A stretch of 45,233 bases of DNA from Eubacteriales bacterium (lineage in GTDB: Bacteria > Bacillota > Clostridia > Oscillospirales > CAG-272). The position numbers and the translations under genes were made by a program. This document shows positions 1 to 9,438 of this stretch, piece after piece (position 1 is the stretch's first letter; each line of letters begins with the position of its first letter). The stretch lies in the NCBI GenBank assembly GCA_045636085.1, contig JAZTWU010000159.1, forward strand, positions 1 to 45,233, written 5' to 3'. The notes under the pieces are model-generated. The model made no database searches. It saw only the letters and a program-made list of their open reading frames with translations, and was not told the origin of the DNA.

Positions 1-1251
1 GATCTTCTCGGTGTATTCCTCAAGGATCACGGTGCCAACCTGCGCATCCTTCTTAAGCAGATCCTCGTAAAGCTTTGCAAGAGCGGCATCAAGCTTATCC
101 TTTGCCTCCTTTGCATCGTCCTTCTGCTTCTGCGTTGCGCCGGTAGCGGTTGCCTTGGAATTGAGCTGATCGTAGGTGGACTTCAGCTTCACAACGTCCT
201 CAATAATCTTCTTGAGATCCTCATCGTCCGTGAAGCAAGGAAGCGAATCGGTTGCGATCGAATCGCCGAAGATTACCTCAACAACGTTCTCTGCCGTGAA
301 CTCCGCAACGGGATATGCATATGCGGGATAAATATAATAGGTGATCTCCTGATCCTTGATGTTGATCTGCTCTGCCGTGGTATTGGCGGCATTCTTGATC
401 TTCTTATCCGCCTCGGTATAGGTCGTGTCCTTCACCTCAACGAAATTGCCCTTGGATCTGAAATGCACGGTGAGAGAGCTGAGCGTGCACTCGCCCTTCT
501 CTGCATCGGTGAACTTCAGGGGAGCCGTCTCCGTGCCCTCGATCTTGCCGATCAACTTGCCTGCGATAAGCTCCGCGATGCTATCCACGGTGCCCTCTGC
601 GGTAGCGACGGTGAGAGGAAGGTACTCAGCGGTTATATCCTTCGTGGTGCCACCCTCGGTGTAGCTATACTTATACGAAACGAAAACGAGGTCGCCTGCG
701 GCAAGCGCCGTGCTGCTGCTGCTTTCGCTATCGTATGCATAATCCTTCACGGAAAGCGTATTGATTGCGGCAAAGACCTTCTTGAGATAATCGCTCACGA
801 GAAGCTCCTCGGTTGCGGAAAGATCCTCTGCGCTGTACTTGGGATTGGAGAGGAACTTTGCAAGCGCGGAATCATCCATATTCTTTGCATCGAAATAGAT
901 CGTCTCTCCCTCTACCTCAACGGAGCAATAGAAGGCATAATAGATCTGCTGACGGAAGCCGTATTGATCCGCATCGCCCGAAAGCTTATTGGCATCCTCG
1001 GCCTTGATCTTCTCGGCGAGAAGGCTATCGATCTTCTCAAGAACCTTCGCATCGCGCGCCTTATCGTTTGCGATATAGCGGCCGAAATCGCTATCCTCGA
1101 TCTCAAGTGCGGCAAGAAGCGCATCCAGCTTCGAGAAATCCGCCGTCGCAAACTGCGACATATCCTTCTTGTCATAGCGATAAGCGCAGCCGGTGAGCAC
1201 CAGCGCCATCGTTGCAATGACAAGTACCAGGGCAAGAATTTTCTTCATCAT
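1..1251 (-). CDS. Lipoprotein of unknown function; N-terminus complete, C-terminus cut by the window edge. Last visible gene of the GldG-type ABC operon.
   Basis: It is absent from the ORF track because it leaves the window. My minus-strand translation from ATG 1251 reads MMKKILALVLVIATMALVLTGCAYRYDKKD..., which is a signal peptide plus an L-T-G-C lipobox. The frame stays open for 417 codons to nt 1 (last codons ...VILEEYTEKI). I recognise no family. Confidence 0.7.
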   Translation of the reverse strand, partial: MMKKILALVLVIATMALVLTGCAYRYDKKDMSQFATADFSKLDALLAALEIEDSDFGRYIANDKARDAKVLEKIDSLLAEKIKAEDANKLSGDADQYGFRQQIYYAFYCSVEVEGETIYFDAKNMDDSALAKFLSNPKYSAEDLSATEELLVSDYLKKVFAAINTLSVKDYAYDSESSSSTALAAGDLVFVSYKYSYTEGGTTKDITAEYLPLTVATAEGTVDSIAELIAGKLIGKIEGTETAPLKFTDAEKGECTLSSLTVHFRSKGNFVEVKDTTYTEADKKIKNAANTTAEQINIKDQEITYYIYPAYAYPVAEFTAENVVEVIFGDSIATDSLPCFTDDEDLKKIIEDVVKLKSTYDQLNSKATATGATQKQKDDAKEAKDKLDAALAKLYEDLLKKDAQVGTVILEEYTEKI

Positions 1252-1313
1252 TTGTTTCAAACCTCTTTGTTTTTTATATCGGGGAGCCGAGCGCTCCCCC
1301 GTTGAATGAAAAT

Positions 1314-1342
1314 ATTATAGCACAGTCTCGAGCAAAAAGCAA
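1314..1342 (-). promoter_or_regulatory. Possible internal promoter for the lipoprotein gene (extended -10)
   Basis: The minus strand reads TTGCTT-17 nt-TATAAT with a TGn extension (tgcTATAAT). An A/U-rich hairpin (about 1331-1353) lies just upstream and a GGGGAGC/GCTCCCC hairpin lies at 1281-1299 in the leader. The -35 is weak. Confidence 0.3.
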
Positions 1343-1389
1343 CTGCTTTTTTTACTTTTTAATGAAAATATATATAATTTTTATCAAAA

Positions 1390-4356
1390 TCAGGAAGCGG
1401 AGCTATCCGTATCAAAGAAGGGCTCGTCTCCCGTTACCACCTTGGCATTCAGAAGCGCATCAAAAGCGCCCATAAACTTCTTGAAAATGGAGGTGGAGAT
1501 CGCGAAATCCGAAACGGGCGTTACGCCCTTCACGGGATTGCCTGCGGCATCGGTGCGATAGAGCTTAACGAGCACGCGGCGGTCGGAGGCACGGTAAAAT
1601 TCATAGGTGTACTTATACGCCGTGTCCTTCAGAACGAAGGAGATACGCGCCAGCATCCGATTGTTTTCGAGGATAACTTTCTGCTCCTCTTCGGAGAAGG
1701 TCTCAAGATACATCGTCGTATAAAGGATACCGAGCGTCATCTTGAAGAAATAGGTTCCCGCATAATCCTCGCCCATAACGCTGACGCCCTCGCGGATCAG
1801 CTCCTCGGGGCCGAGGCGGTTATAGAGCGTGACGAGGGAGAGCATCGGAAGCGTTCCGTCTTCAAGAAGCTCGCCGGGCACCTTGCCGCCCGCAAGCATA
1901 TACTCCACGAGCGCATTCGAATATGCATTCGCATAGGGGCAAACCTTGAGACGGATCATATCCACAACGGTATTGTTGTTCGGATTCGTCACGTCGTGGT
2001 GCTCCAGAATGAAATCGAATTTTCCCTTCATATCGTCGAAATTGAATTCAACCTCGACCTGCTCAATTCCGTCAATATCCGTGGAAACCAGAAGGCGTCT
2101 GGCCCAGAAGTCAAGGAAGGAAAGATCCAGATAATCCAGCTTTTCGTCCGTTACGCGGACAACGACGCCGTAAAGATCCGAGGCGATATAGCGGCTTCCG
2201 TCAATCTGCCTGTCGCTGATATAAACGGTGAAGCCAAGCTGGGTCTCGGAATCATAATCACCCATCGTTGCGTCGCTCTCGTCATCTCCCCCGATTTCCT
2301 TCACGCCACGGGGCAGAAGGTAATAAACGGTGTTGGCATAGAGGCCGTATTTACGCATATTCTCGGGCGTGAGTCCAATAGCAACGGTTTCGTCGCCCGA
2401 ATAGCCGTAGGCGACCGAGGTGGACTCGCCAACGCCGCCGAGATGCAAAAGCACGCTCTGGCAAGAGTCGTCGTTGAGACCGTAAATGTCCTTATTCTCG
2501 GTCTTGTTCTGATAAATGCTCTCTCCGTAGTAGGGATCGCGCTGAGAATAGTTGACGAAATTGAAACGAACGATCTCGGTTCTCTTGATCATATAGGGGA
2601 TCGCATCCACGCGGTAGGCAATGAAGTCCTGCATCACCTGCAGATCCTCCACGTATTCGCCGATCTTCACGTCATAGCCCGTTCCCGTCTTGCCGATCGC
2701 AAGGAAGAGCGCCTTATTTTCATCATCCATATCCGCAACCTTATCCGCGGCGGTATAATAAGTCTTTTCCTCCTTTTTCTGACCGTTGACCACAAGATAA
2801 TAGCGGTAAACGACGATGGAATCCTCGGTGATCGTCTGCATTGCCTGGCCCTTATCGTTATAAATCGAAACGATATCCGCCACGAAAACGGCGATCTTGC
2901 GCTGATGATTTTCGCTCATCGTCGCATTATCGTAGGTGATTTGCAACTCAATGTTTACATCTCCGATGGGTTGCGCCATAATCTCCGCCTTTTTATCCGC
3001 AATACGATCGTCGGAAAGCGAGAGAACGGAATAGATCGGCTCTTCGTTTGATTTCTTGGAGGAGCCGTCCTTATAAACGTCGTAGGCCACGCGCAGGGCG
3101 ATGGCATCCGCAGGGATCGCGGCACCGACCTTGGTGATCTCGCCATCCTCCGTCAGCGCGGAAAGGATCTTCGAGATCTTATAGGTATAGGTCGCGGTGC
3201 TCTCGCCCGAGGCATAGGAAACGCTCAGCGCCTCTGCGGCAACGGTGATATAAAACGAGGTGGAAAGCGAGGGCATCGTCTCGCTATCGGTATCGGCATT
3301 CAGAATGCCCGTGAGGGTGCGCATCTGAAGCAGACGGATCAGGCGCTGATAGGGCGCAGAGCCGGTTTTCTTCAACGCGGCAAGATCGAAGCTTGTGCTC
3401 TCCTCTTGCGAGATCAGGCCGCCCTTTTCGGGATCGGCGGGAAGGAAGGTCTCGCCCTTCACGATCACCTCGGCATTCTCGGGGATTTCCTTGCCGGGGG
3501 TGCTGATAAGCACGTTTTTCCATTGCTGATAATCCTTGATCAGGTAGGGTGCCTGAACGGCGTTCGTCGCCGTGCTGCCCGAGATCACGGCAGGATTGAT
3601 ATAATAGGTATAGGGCTGGGTTGCATAGCCGATGGTGCTGTTGCTGGTTGCATAGATATAGGGATGGTCGTCCAGAATGATATAATATCCGCTCTCGGAT
3701 ACGTTCTTGCCGCCAACCCAGATCACGTGGGTATCCTCATTGTTGCCGTCCTTATCCAGCGACCCGTCGCCGTAATTGACGCGCACGCCAAGGTCCTTAT
3801 CGTCCTCGGAATCGGAATAATCTCCGTAATCCATAAAGCCGAATTCCTCAAGATAGCTTCTCAGAGCATTCTCGGAAAGGCCCTCGAGGCTGATACGCTC
3901 GGTGAAATACATCGTGGTGACCGCGGAGCGCAGATAGAAGAAGCGCGCCACCTGTCCCTGACCGAAGGAATCCATTGCGTACAGGGAGGAATAGGTGAAG
4001 GCGGGGTCGGCAGAAACGATATCGGGGCTGAATTCGCGGTAATCCTCAACGCCCTTCTCCGTCTGATACCAGAGCTTGAAGGTGCCGTCGTCGGATTTGA
4101 TCAGACCGTAGCTTGCATATTCGCTACCCTCCGTTGCGTTTACGGTGATATACTGCAGGGCAGAGGAATCCACATCGGGGAAAACGCGCTGTGAAGCGCC
4201 CTCCCATTCGAGCTGCTCATATGCAGGGGGCGGCGTACCGCCGCTGTTATCGGGCAAAAGCGCCACCAAAGTGAAATAGCCTGCCACGAGAAGCGCCATC
4301 GTCGCGGAGAGGATCAAAAGGAGCTTTGCTTTGCTTTTTCTTTGAGTATAAATCAT
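1390..4356 (-). CDS. Membrane-anchored DUF4340-like protein, unusually large (988 aa)
   Basis: It has a single N-terminal TM (LLLILSATMALLVAGYFTLVALL). The N-terminal region (ITVNATEGSEYASYGLIKSDDGTFKLWY) resembles the DUF4340 pattern. Its position directly downstream of GldG-like genes is the usual place for DUF4340. The gap to the upstream gene is 15 nt. Confidence 0.5.
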   Translation of the reverse strand: MIYTQRKSKAKLLLILSATMALLVAGYFTLVALLPDNSGGTPPPAYEQLEWEGASQRVFPDVDSSALQYITVNATEGSEYASYGLIKSDDGTFKLWYQTEKGVEDYREFSPDIVSADPAFTYSSLYAMDSFGQGQVARFFYLRSAVTTMYFTERISLEGLSENALRSYLEEFGFMDYGDYSDSEDDKDLGVRVNYGDGSLDKDGNNEDTHVIWVGGKNVSESGYYIILDDHPYIYATSNSTIGYATQPYTYYINPAVISGSTATNAVQAPYLIKDYQQWKNVLISTPGKEIPENAEVIVKGETFLPADPEKGGLISQEESTSFDLAALKKTGSAPYQRLIRLLQMRTLTGILNADTDSETMPSLSTSFYITVAAEALSVSYASGESTATYTYKISKILSALTEDGEITKVGAAIPADAIALRVAYDVYKDGSSKKSNEEPIYSVLSLSDDRIADKKAEIMAQPIGDVNIELQITYDNATMSENHQRKIAVFVADIVSIYNDKGQAMQTITEDSIVVYRYYLVVNGQKKEEKTYYTAADKVADMDDENKALFLAIGKTGTGYDVKIGEYVEDLQVMQDFIAYRVDAIPYMIKRTEIVRFNFVNYSQRDPYYGESIYQNKTENKDIYGLNDDSCQSVLLHLGGVGESTSVAYGYSGDETVAIGLTPENMRKYGLYANTVYYLLPRGVKEIGGDDESDATMGDYDSETQLGFTVYISDRQIDGSRYIASDLYGVVVRVTDEKLDYLDLSFLDFWARRLLVSTDIDGIEQVEVEFNFDDMKGKFDFILEHHDVTNPNNNTVVDMIRLKVCPYANAYSNALVEYMLAGGKVPGELLEDGTLPMLSLVTLYNRLGPEELIREGVSVMGEDYAGTYFFKMTLGILYTTMYLETFSEEEQKVILENNRMLARISFVLKDTAYKYTYEFYRASDRRVLVKLYRTDAAGNPVKGVTPVSDFAISTSIFKKFMGAFDALLNAKVVTGDEPFFDTDSSAS

Positions 4357-4371
4357 TTTCGGCTCCTTTCT

Positions 4372-6039
4372 TTAGCGGAATCTGCGGCGCAGATGGATCA
4401 CCAGACCCAGAACCGCCGCCGCAAGGGGCAGAGCCAGAGCGATCGCGATGATCACGATCTGCGCGCCCGTCGTGATGGGCTCGTTGGTCTTCACGAGATC
4501 GCCGTTGCTGGCATAGATCTTCGTGGTGGTGCTTGCGATCGCCTCGGACTGCAATCTCTTACCGCCGTAGGAGGAGGAGTTCAGCGAGGTGCCGCCAAGC
4601 TCGATCGAGGCATAGACGTCCTCGCGCGCAATATTTTCTACGAGTGCGCCCGTAATATCGTAGTTCGCAAAGGAAAGATTGCCGAGGCTCTTCTCAGAGA
4701 AGAAGCTTGCGCTGTTCACGCAGAAAATATAGGAATAGCTGTGCGCCAGCGTCGTGGCATCCACACCGTAGCGCAAGGCGATCGCGCAAATGTCGCGCAC
4801 GCCGGCATCGCCGACAACCTTACCGTTTTCATCCAGAAGCTTGCTCTTCTCTGAGGTGGAGAAGAAGCTTGCATAATAGCGGGCAAACGAATTGCTTCCC
4901 GCCTCGGGCATACCCGTTCCGAGATCATAGCCGTTGCGGATCTCGCCCGCATCGCTGAAGACCATACGGGGCGCGGAGGTGAGGGATGCATAATCACCGT
5001 AGATCGCATAGGCATAGGTGTTTTCCTCGGTCTCGTATTTACCCACGAGATCGGTATAGCCTCCCTGTGCATTGGCAAGGTGCGAGCCCTCGTCGGAAAT
5101 CACCTGATCGCCGAAGATGAAGCCCCATTCGGCAAGAAAATCCTCAAGGTTTTCAAGCTCGATACGATAATCCTTCGCCACCATAAGAGATCCCTGATCG
5201 CGCGTGAGGAAGCGCTCAAGCTTCTCGGTCTCGCTGATATAGGAATAGGAATCCGCCTGCGATGCGTTGTAAACATAATCGCTCGTCGGATTATTGATGA
5301 TCAAAAGGGCGCAATCCTCGGGCACCTCCTCAGCGGAGAGATCCAGCGTATCCACAACGAGGCCGCGCTCCGTCAGAAGACGGTAGAGCGCAGAAAGCTC
5401 TGCGTTATCGGGATGATCCTCGTTTGCGGGATCGTAATAGGTCTCGCCGTGGTTGGTGATGAAATAGGCCTTCGGCGCGGAGCGCGAGGTCAGAGAATGA
5501 AAGAGCGTTGCCATCTTGTATTCGCCGTTATAGGAGAAGAGATTCTCCTCGCCGTCTCTGCCCCAGAAGGCATTGACGGAGGCGATACGGAAGGCTTCCT
5601 TGTGCTCAATGATCACGTCGGTCGCCGAGATCACCGAAAGCGAGGTGGTCTTATAAGCGTTCACCGCCGTGGGATTGGTTTTGAGGTTGACCGTCTTAAC
5701 CGTAATTGCGGGGAAAACCTTCTGAAGCGCAAGGCACATATAGTAAACCACTCTTGAGCTTTCGGACGCACGAAGCTCCTCGGGTGTTGCGCAGAAGGTG
5801 ATCACAATTCCGTCCTCGGGCTTTTCAACGGTGAAATCGGTAAGATAGGAGCATTCCTTCACCATCGCCTCGGTCAGCGTGTAGATCCCCTCGCTCGTCA
5901 GGTCAATATAGAGCTGCTTCTTTTCCGAAAATCCCGTGAACCAGAATTGAAAAAGCAGCACGGCGATAAAAGCGATCGGCAAGCATATATTCAGTATGCG
6001 CCGCTTCAGGCTCTTATCCGCGATTTTTTCATTTTTCAT
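4372..6039 (-). CDS. GldG-like ABC-transporter auxiliary protein, paralogue 2
   Basis: It has an N-terminal TM and a C-terminal TM anchor followed by a basic tail (IVIIAIALALPLAAAVLGLVIHLRRRFR). The motif YIDLTSEGIYTLTE matches the D-x-T...Y-x-L-S/T motif of the GldG/ABC_transp_aux family. It sits in operon with an ABC-2 permease and ATPase. Confidence 0.6.
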   Translation of the reverse strand: MKNEKIADKSLKRRILNICLPIAFIAVLLFQFWFTGFSEKKQLYIDLTSEGIYTLTEAMVKECSYLTDFTVEKPEDGIVITFCATPEELRASESSRVVYYMCLALQKVFPAITVKTVNLKTNPTAVNAYKTTSLSVISATDVIIEHKEAFRIASVNAFWGRDGEENLFSYNGEYKMATLFHSLTSRSAPKAYFITNHGETYYDPANEDHPDNAELSALYRLLTERGLVVDTLDLSAEEVPEDCALLIINNPTSDYVYNASQADSYSYISETEKLERFLTRDQGSLMVAKDYRIELENLEDFLAEWGFIFGDQVISDEGSHLANAQGGYTDLVGKYETEENTYAYAIYGDYASLTSAPRMVFSDAGEIRNGYDLGTGMPEAGSNSFARYYASFFSTSEKSKLLDENGKVVGDAGVRDICAIALRYGVDATTLAHSYSYIFCVNSASFFSEKSLGNLSFANYDITGALVENIAREDVYASIELGGTSLNSSSYGGKRLQSEAIASTTTKIYASNGDLVKTNEPITTGAQIVIIAIALALPLAAAVLGLVIHLRRRFR

Positions 6040-6058
6040 ATTTGGGAGAATTCCTTTC

Positions 6059-7561
6059 TCAGCGATTCCTGCGACGGCGGAGATAAACGAAGCCGAGAGC
6101 GGCCACGGCCGTGGGAATCAAGAAGATGATCGCCGTATAGATCCTGGCGGCACGTGCCGTCAGATTCTCAAGCATATCCGTCATAAGGCTCACGACGTTA
6201 CAGCCGTACGGCAGATTCTCGCCCTCATAGAGAGCGTCGATAATTCCGTAGATAAAGGTGCGGTTGGAATAGGTATTGGAGGTCATCGCATCCGTTGCGG
6301 TGAGATACACGGAGGGGATCACAACGATGTCTCCGCCGCCATCCACCTCCGTCATCGCCGCCAGCGTATAAGAGCCCGCGCGATCCACGGTTTTTCCGTC
6401 CGCCTCGAGAACCGAGGAGGAGGAAGAGACGAGCAGGGGCTTTGCATTCTTCGAAAGCGAAAGCGCCGCCGTCTGGCGGAGAACAACGCCGCCGCGATTT
6501 TCAAGCTGAGGCGAAAGCGCCGTCAGGAGCGCGCTCTCGGCGTAATCGGCAACGAGCGTATAAGCATCCGTGGGGATCGAGCTGACGCCGTCCTTCACGA
6601 TGCCAACGGAGCCTGCCCCGTCACGAACGGTGGCAAAGCCGTAATCCGCGAGGAAGGCATCAAAATTTTCAAGAGGATTTTTTAAGTAGGAATGCGTGGT
6701 CACGAAAAGATGACCGCCATTCTCCACATAGGTTTCGAGTCTCTCAATCTCGGTGCGGACACCGCTTCCCTTTTCAAAGTCCGTTTGCGGAGAGGAGATC
6801 ACGAGCAGGTCGCAATCCTCGGGAACCTCGGTATCGCGCAGGTTGAGAACGCTGATCGTGTAGCCTGCGCAGAAGAGAAGCGTCGTCAGCGAAACGTCGG
6901 CAATCTCGCCGTGATACTGCGTGAAATACGCCTTCTTTGCTTCCTGATCCTTAGAGAGCACGCTCATCGCCGTCAGCACCTCCTCACCCTGATAGGCGAC
7001 GGCACTGCCCTGCGAATCCAGCATAAAGAAGCTTGCAAAGCCAACGCCCGTGCTATCCGTCAGCACGCGGTAGCTCTCTCTGCCTGCGGCGGAGGTATAG
7101 GTGAAAACAACGGAGGTATTGCGAAGCACCTCGCCCTCGGCAAGAGCCGCCTTATAGCTCTCGATCTTTTCGTTGCGGCGGTTTCCCTTGGAATCCACGC
7201 GCGTGAGAATATTCATATATTCCAGCGAAAGAACCTCGGGATATTTTTCTGCAAGCTGCTTTGCCGTGTGATAAACGAACATACCCGTATCGTGAGCGGC
7301 AAGCTCGTCCTCTGCCATACAGAAGAGGATCTCCACCTTCCTCTGCTCCGTCTTGAGCTTTTCAAAGAGCGGCTCGGAGGCCTCCGAAATCTCAAGCTTC
7401 TCGGAATCGGAGGAATAGATATAGAGTCCGAAATAATTCGTCAATGCGTAAACAATGCCGTTAAAGGCAATGAGTATGACCAATAGCACAGCCGTCATCG
7501 CCGTGGAGAAGCGCCCCTCGGCAACGAAGCCCGCCTTGATCCTTTGTAAGAGCTTATTCAT
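6059..7561 (-). CDS. GldG-like ABC-transporter auxiliary protein, paralogue 1
   Basis: The topology matches paralogue 2: an N-terminal TM (AVLLVILIAFNGIVYAL) and a C-terminal TM plus RRRRNR tail. It lies immediately downstream of the ABC-2 permease. Confidence 0.6.
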   Translation of the reverse strand: MNKLLQRIKAGFVAEGRFSTAMTAVLLVILIAFNGIVYALTNYFGLYIYSSDSEKLEISEASEPLFEKLKTEQRKVEILFCMAEDELAAHDTGMFVYHTAKQLAEKYPEVLSLEYMNILTRVDSKGNRRNEKIESYKAALAEGEVLRNTSVVFTYTSAAGRESYRVLTDSTGVGFASFFMLDSQGSAVAYQGEEVLTAMSVLSKDQEAKKAYFTQYHGEIADVSLTTLLFCAGYTISVLNLRDTEVPEDCDLLVISSPQTDFEKGSGVRTEIERLETYVENGGHLFVTTHSYLKNPLENFDAFLADYGFATVRDGAGSVGIVKDGVSSIPTDAYTLVADYAESALLTALSPQLENRGGVVLRQTAALSLSKNAKPLLVSSSSSVLEADGKTVDRAGSYTLAAMTEVDGGGDIVVIPSVYLTATDAMTSNTYSNRTFIYGIIDALYEGENLPYGCNVVSLMTDMLENLTARAARIYTAIIFLIPTAVAALGFVYLRRRRNR

Positions 7562-7579
7562 TGCAGCAGAGCCCTCGCT

Positions 7580-8290
7580 TTAACCGTGATGGCGACGGCG
7601 CTCATACACGCGCACCGTAAGATAAATGAAGGCGGCAGCCACCGACAGATAATAGAGCAGAGATGCAAAATCAAAGTATCCGTTGGTATAGCTCTGGAAG
7701 CGGGAGAAGATCGAAATGCAGTTGAATACATAGCGGAGCCAATGGCCCGAGGGAAGAACGGAATTGATAAAGCCAACGGCAAGGAAGCCGAGGATGATCG
7801 CAATCGTTCCGATCGCGGCCGCCAGCTGATTCTCCGTCAGCGAGGAAACGAAAAGGCCGATGGAGATGAAAACCATACCGACGAGAAGCAGAGCCAGAAG
7901 GTTTCCGAGCAGGATCGCAAGCTTCACAAGCGCATACGGCGTTAAGAATACGAAGTAGAAGGAATTCAGAAGAATGGCACCGCCAAACATCGTCATTGCC
8001 GCGAAGAACTTACCGAGCACCATGCTCCAAAGCGAGACGGGTGCCGTGAGAAGCAGGGCCTCCGTGCGGATCTTTCTCTCCTCCGAGAAGGACTTCATCG
8101 TCAGAATCGGGAGAATGAGGCCCGAGAAGAGCATCATATAAAGATAGAAGCTCGTCACATCGGCGGACATAGCGTACAGCGTCGTCAGGCAGAAAAGGCC
8201 GCCGCCGACGGCGAGATAAAGAACGAGGAAAACATAACCGATCGCGCTCGTGAAATGAGAGCGCATTTCTCTTTTGTAAATAGCAAGCAT
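7580..8290 (-). CDS. ABC-2 type transporter permease (GldF-like)
   Basis: It is polytopic, with about 6 hydrophobic helices by eye, and has the typical N-terminus MLAIYKREMRSHFTSAIGYVFL. I moved the start from the track's GTG 8311 to ATG 8290, which has the RBS ggaaggagaaataaaATG. Confidence 0.75.
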   Translation of the reverse strand: MLAIYKREMRSHFTSAIGYVFLVLYLAVGGGLFCLTTLYAMSADVTSFYLYMMLFSGLILPILTMKSFSEERKIRTEALLLTAPVSLWSMVLGKFFAAMTMFGGAILLNSFYFVFLTPYALVKLAILLGNLLALLLVGMVFISIGLFVSSLTENQLAAAIGTIAIILGFLAVGFINSVLPSGHWLRYVFNCISIFSRFQSYTNGYFDFASLLYYLSVAAAFIYLTVRVYERRRHHG

Positions 8291-8307
8291 TTTATTTCTC
8301 CTTCCGA

Positions 8308-9276
8308 TCACTTGCGGTATGCAACCGAGGCGGGTGCACTCGCATCGGACTTTTCAACCAGACGAATAAAGATGGATTCCAGATCCGTTCCCGTGGGAGC
8401 AAGCTCCATCAGCGGATAATTCGAGGCCGCCAGAAGGCGGAACAGCGGCTTGCGGATGTCCACACCGCGCGCCCCCTCCAGAAGGTAAACGGCGGAATCG
8501 CCCTCCTTTTCGCCCGCAGGCTCAACGCTCTTCATTCCATTCATCGCACGAAGGGCGGAAAGCACCTCGCGCTCGGGTCCTGCAATTCGCGCGCGATAGA
8601 CCACCGTGTCCTCCAGCGTGCGGGCAAGCTCGTCCGTTCTCTTATCCGCGATCAGACGGCCGCGATTGATGATCAGAACGCGCTGGCACACAGACTGCAC
8701 CTCGGCGAGAATATGCGTGGAAAGAATCACCGTATGGTTTTTCGAAAGAGAACGGATCAGGTTGCGCACCTCAAGGATCTGCTTGGGATCGAGGCCGACC
8801 GTCGGCTCATCGAAGATCACGATCTTGGGATCGCCGATCAGCGCTTGCGCAATGCCGACGCGCTGCTTATAGCCCTTGGAGAGATTGCGGATCAGGCGAT
8901 GGCGCACCTCACCGAGCTTCACAACGGAAACGAGCTCGGAAATATGCGCTTCTCTTTCCAGCGTGCATCCCTTCAATTCATAAACGAAATTCAGATACTC
9001 CTCCACCGTCATATCGGGATAGAGCGGAGGCTGCTCGGGCAGATAGCCGATATTGCGCTTCGCCGCGATCGGATCCTCTTTGATATCCGCGCCGCAGATC
9101 GTCGCGCTACCCGACGAGGCCGCCAAAAAGCCCGTCAGAATATTCATCGTCGTGCTTTTTCCCGCGCCGTTGGGGCCGAGAAGACCAACGACCTCTCCCT
9201 CACCGATTTCGAAGGAAACGTCGTTCAATGCGTAATTCGCGCCGTAGCGCTTCACCAGATTTTCAACCTTTATCAT
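8308..9276 (-). CDS. ABC transporter ATP-binding protein (GldA-like)
   Basis: Motifs present: Walker A GPNGAGKST, signature LSKGYKQR, Walker B IVIFDEP and H-loop LSTH. A C-terminal extension typical of this subfamily is present. The start is ambiguous. ATG 9276 gives the canonical MIKVENLVKRYG but has a poor SD, and GTG 9330 (track) is the alternative. Confidence 0.9.
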   Translation of the reverse strand: MIKVENLVKRYGANYALNDVSFEIGEGEVVGLLGPNGAGKSTTMNILTGFLAASSGSATICGADIKEDPIAAKRNIGYLPEQPPLYPDMTVEEYLNFVYELKGCTLEREAHISELVSVVKLGEVRHRLIRNLSKGYKQRVGIAQALIGDPKIVIFDEPTVGLDPKQILEVRNLIRSLSKNHTVILSTHILAEVQSVCQRVLIINRGRLIADKRTDELARTLEDTVVYRARIAGPEREVLSALRAMNGMKSVEPAGEKEGDSAVYLLEGARGVDIRKPLFRLLAASNYPLMELAPTGTDLESIFIRLVEKSDASAPASVAYRK

Positions 9277-9336
9277 AATTTCAAGACCTGCAAGGAGGCC
9301 CTCCTTTCGGAAACTTTCGTACAATCGCACCTAAAA

Positions 9337-9345
9337 ATTATAACA
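9337..9345 (-). promoter_or_regulatory. Possible extended -10 element for the ABC operon
   Basis: The minus strand reads TGtTATAAT in the AT-rich gap between the upstream terminator and the ATPase gene. I found no convincing -35. Confidence 0.3.
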
Positions 9346-9392
9346 TATATTTTTAAACATATTGTTAACAAAGGGCGCCTCTTTATAAACAA

Positions 9393-9438
9393 TCTTAAAA
9401 AAATAAGTGTCATAGGCGTGTTTTTTCACCTATGACAC
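9393..9438 (-). terminator. Rho-independent terminator after the Toprim gene
   Basis: A perfect 10-bp stem GTGTCATAGG/CCTATGACAC (9407-9416 / 9429-9438) has a 12-nt loop. On the minus strand it is followed by TTATTTTTTTAAG. The stop codon of the Toprim gene lies inside the stem. Confidence 0.6.

Noticed and set aside
463-1305. A 280-aa plus-strand ORF at the left edge
   Set aside because: It is antisense to the edge-truncated lipoprotein gene, which has a textbook signal peptide and lipobox and a 417-codon open frame. The plus ORF has no RBS or recognisable motif.
9292-9306. The perfect palindrome AAGGAGG-C-CCTCCTT upstream of the ABC ATPase ATG
   Set aside because: It could be an operator or an SD-sequestering hairpin. 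However, it may simply be coding sequence if the GTG at 9330 is the real start, and the sequence alone cannot resolve this.
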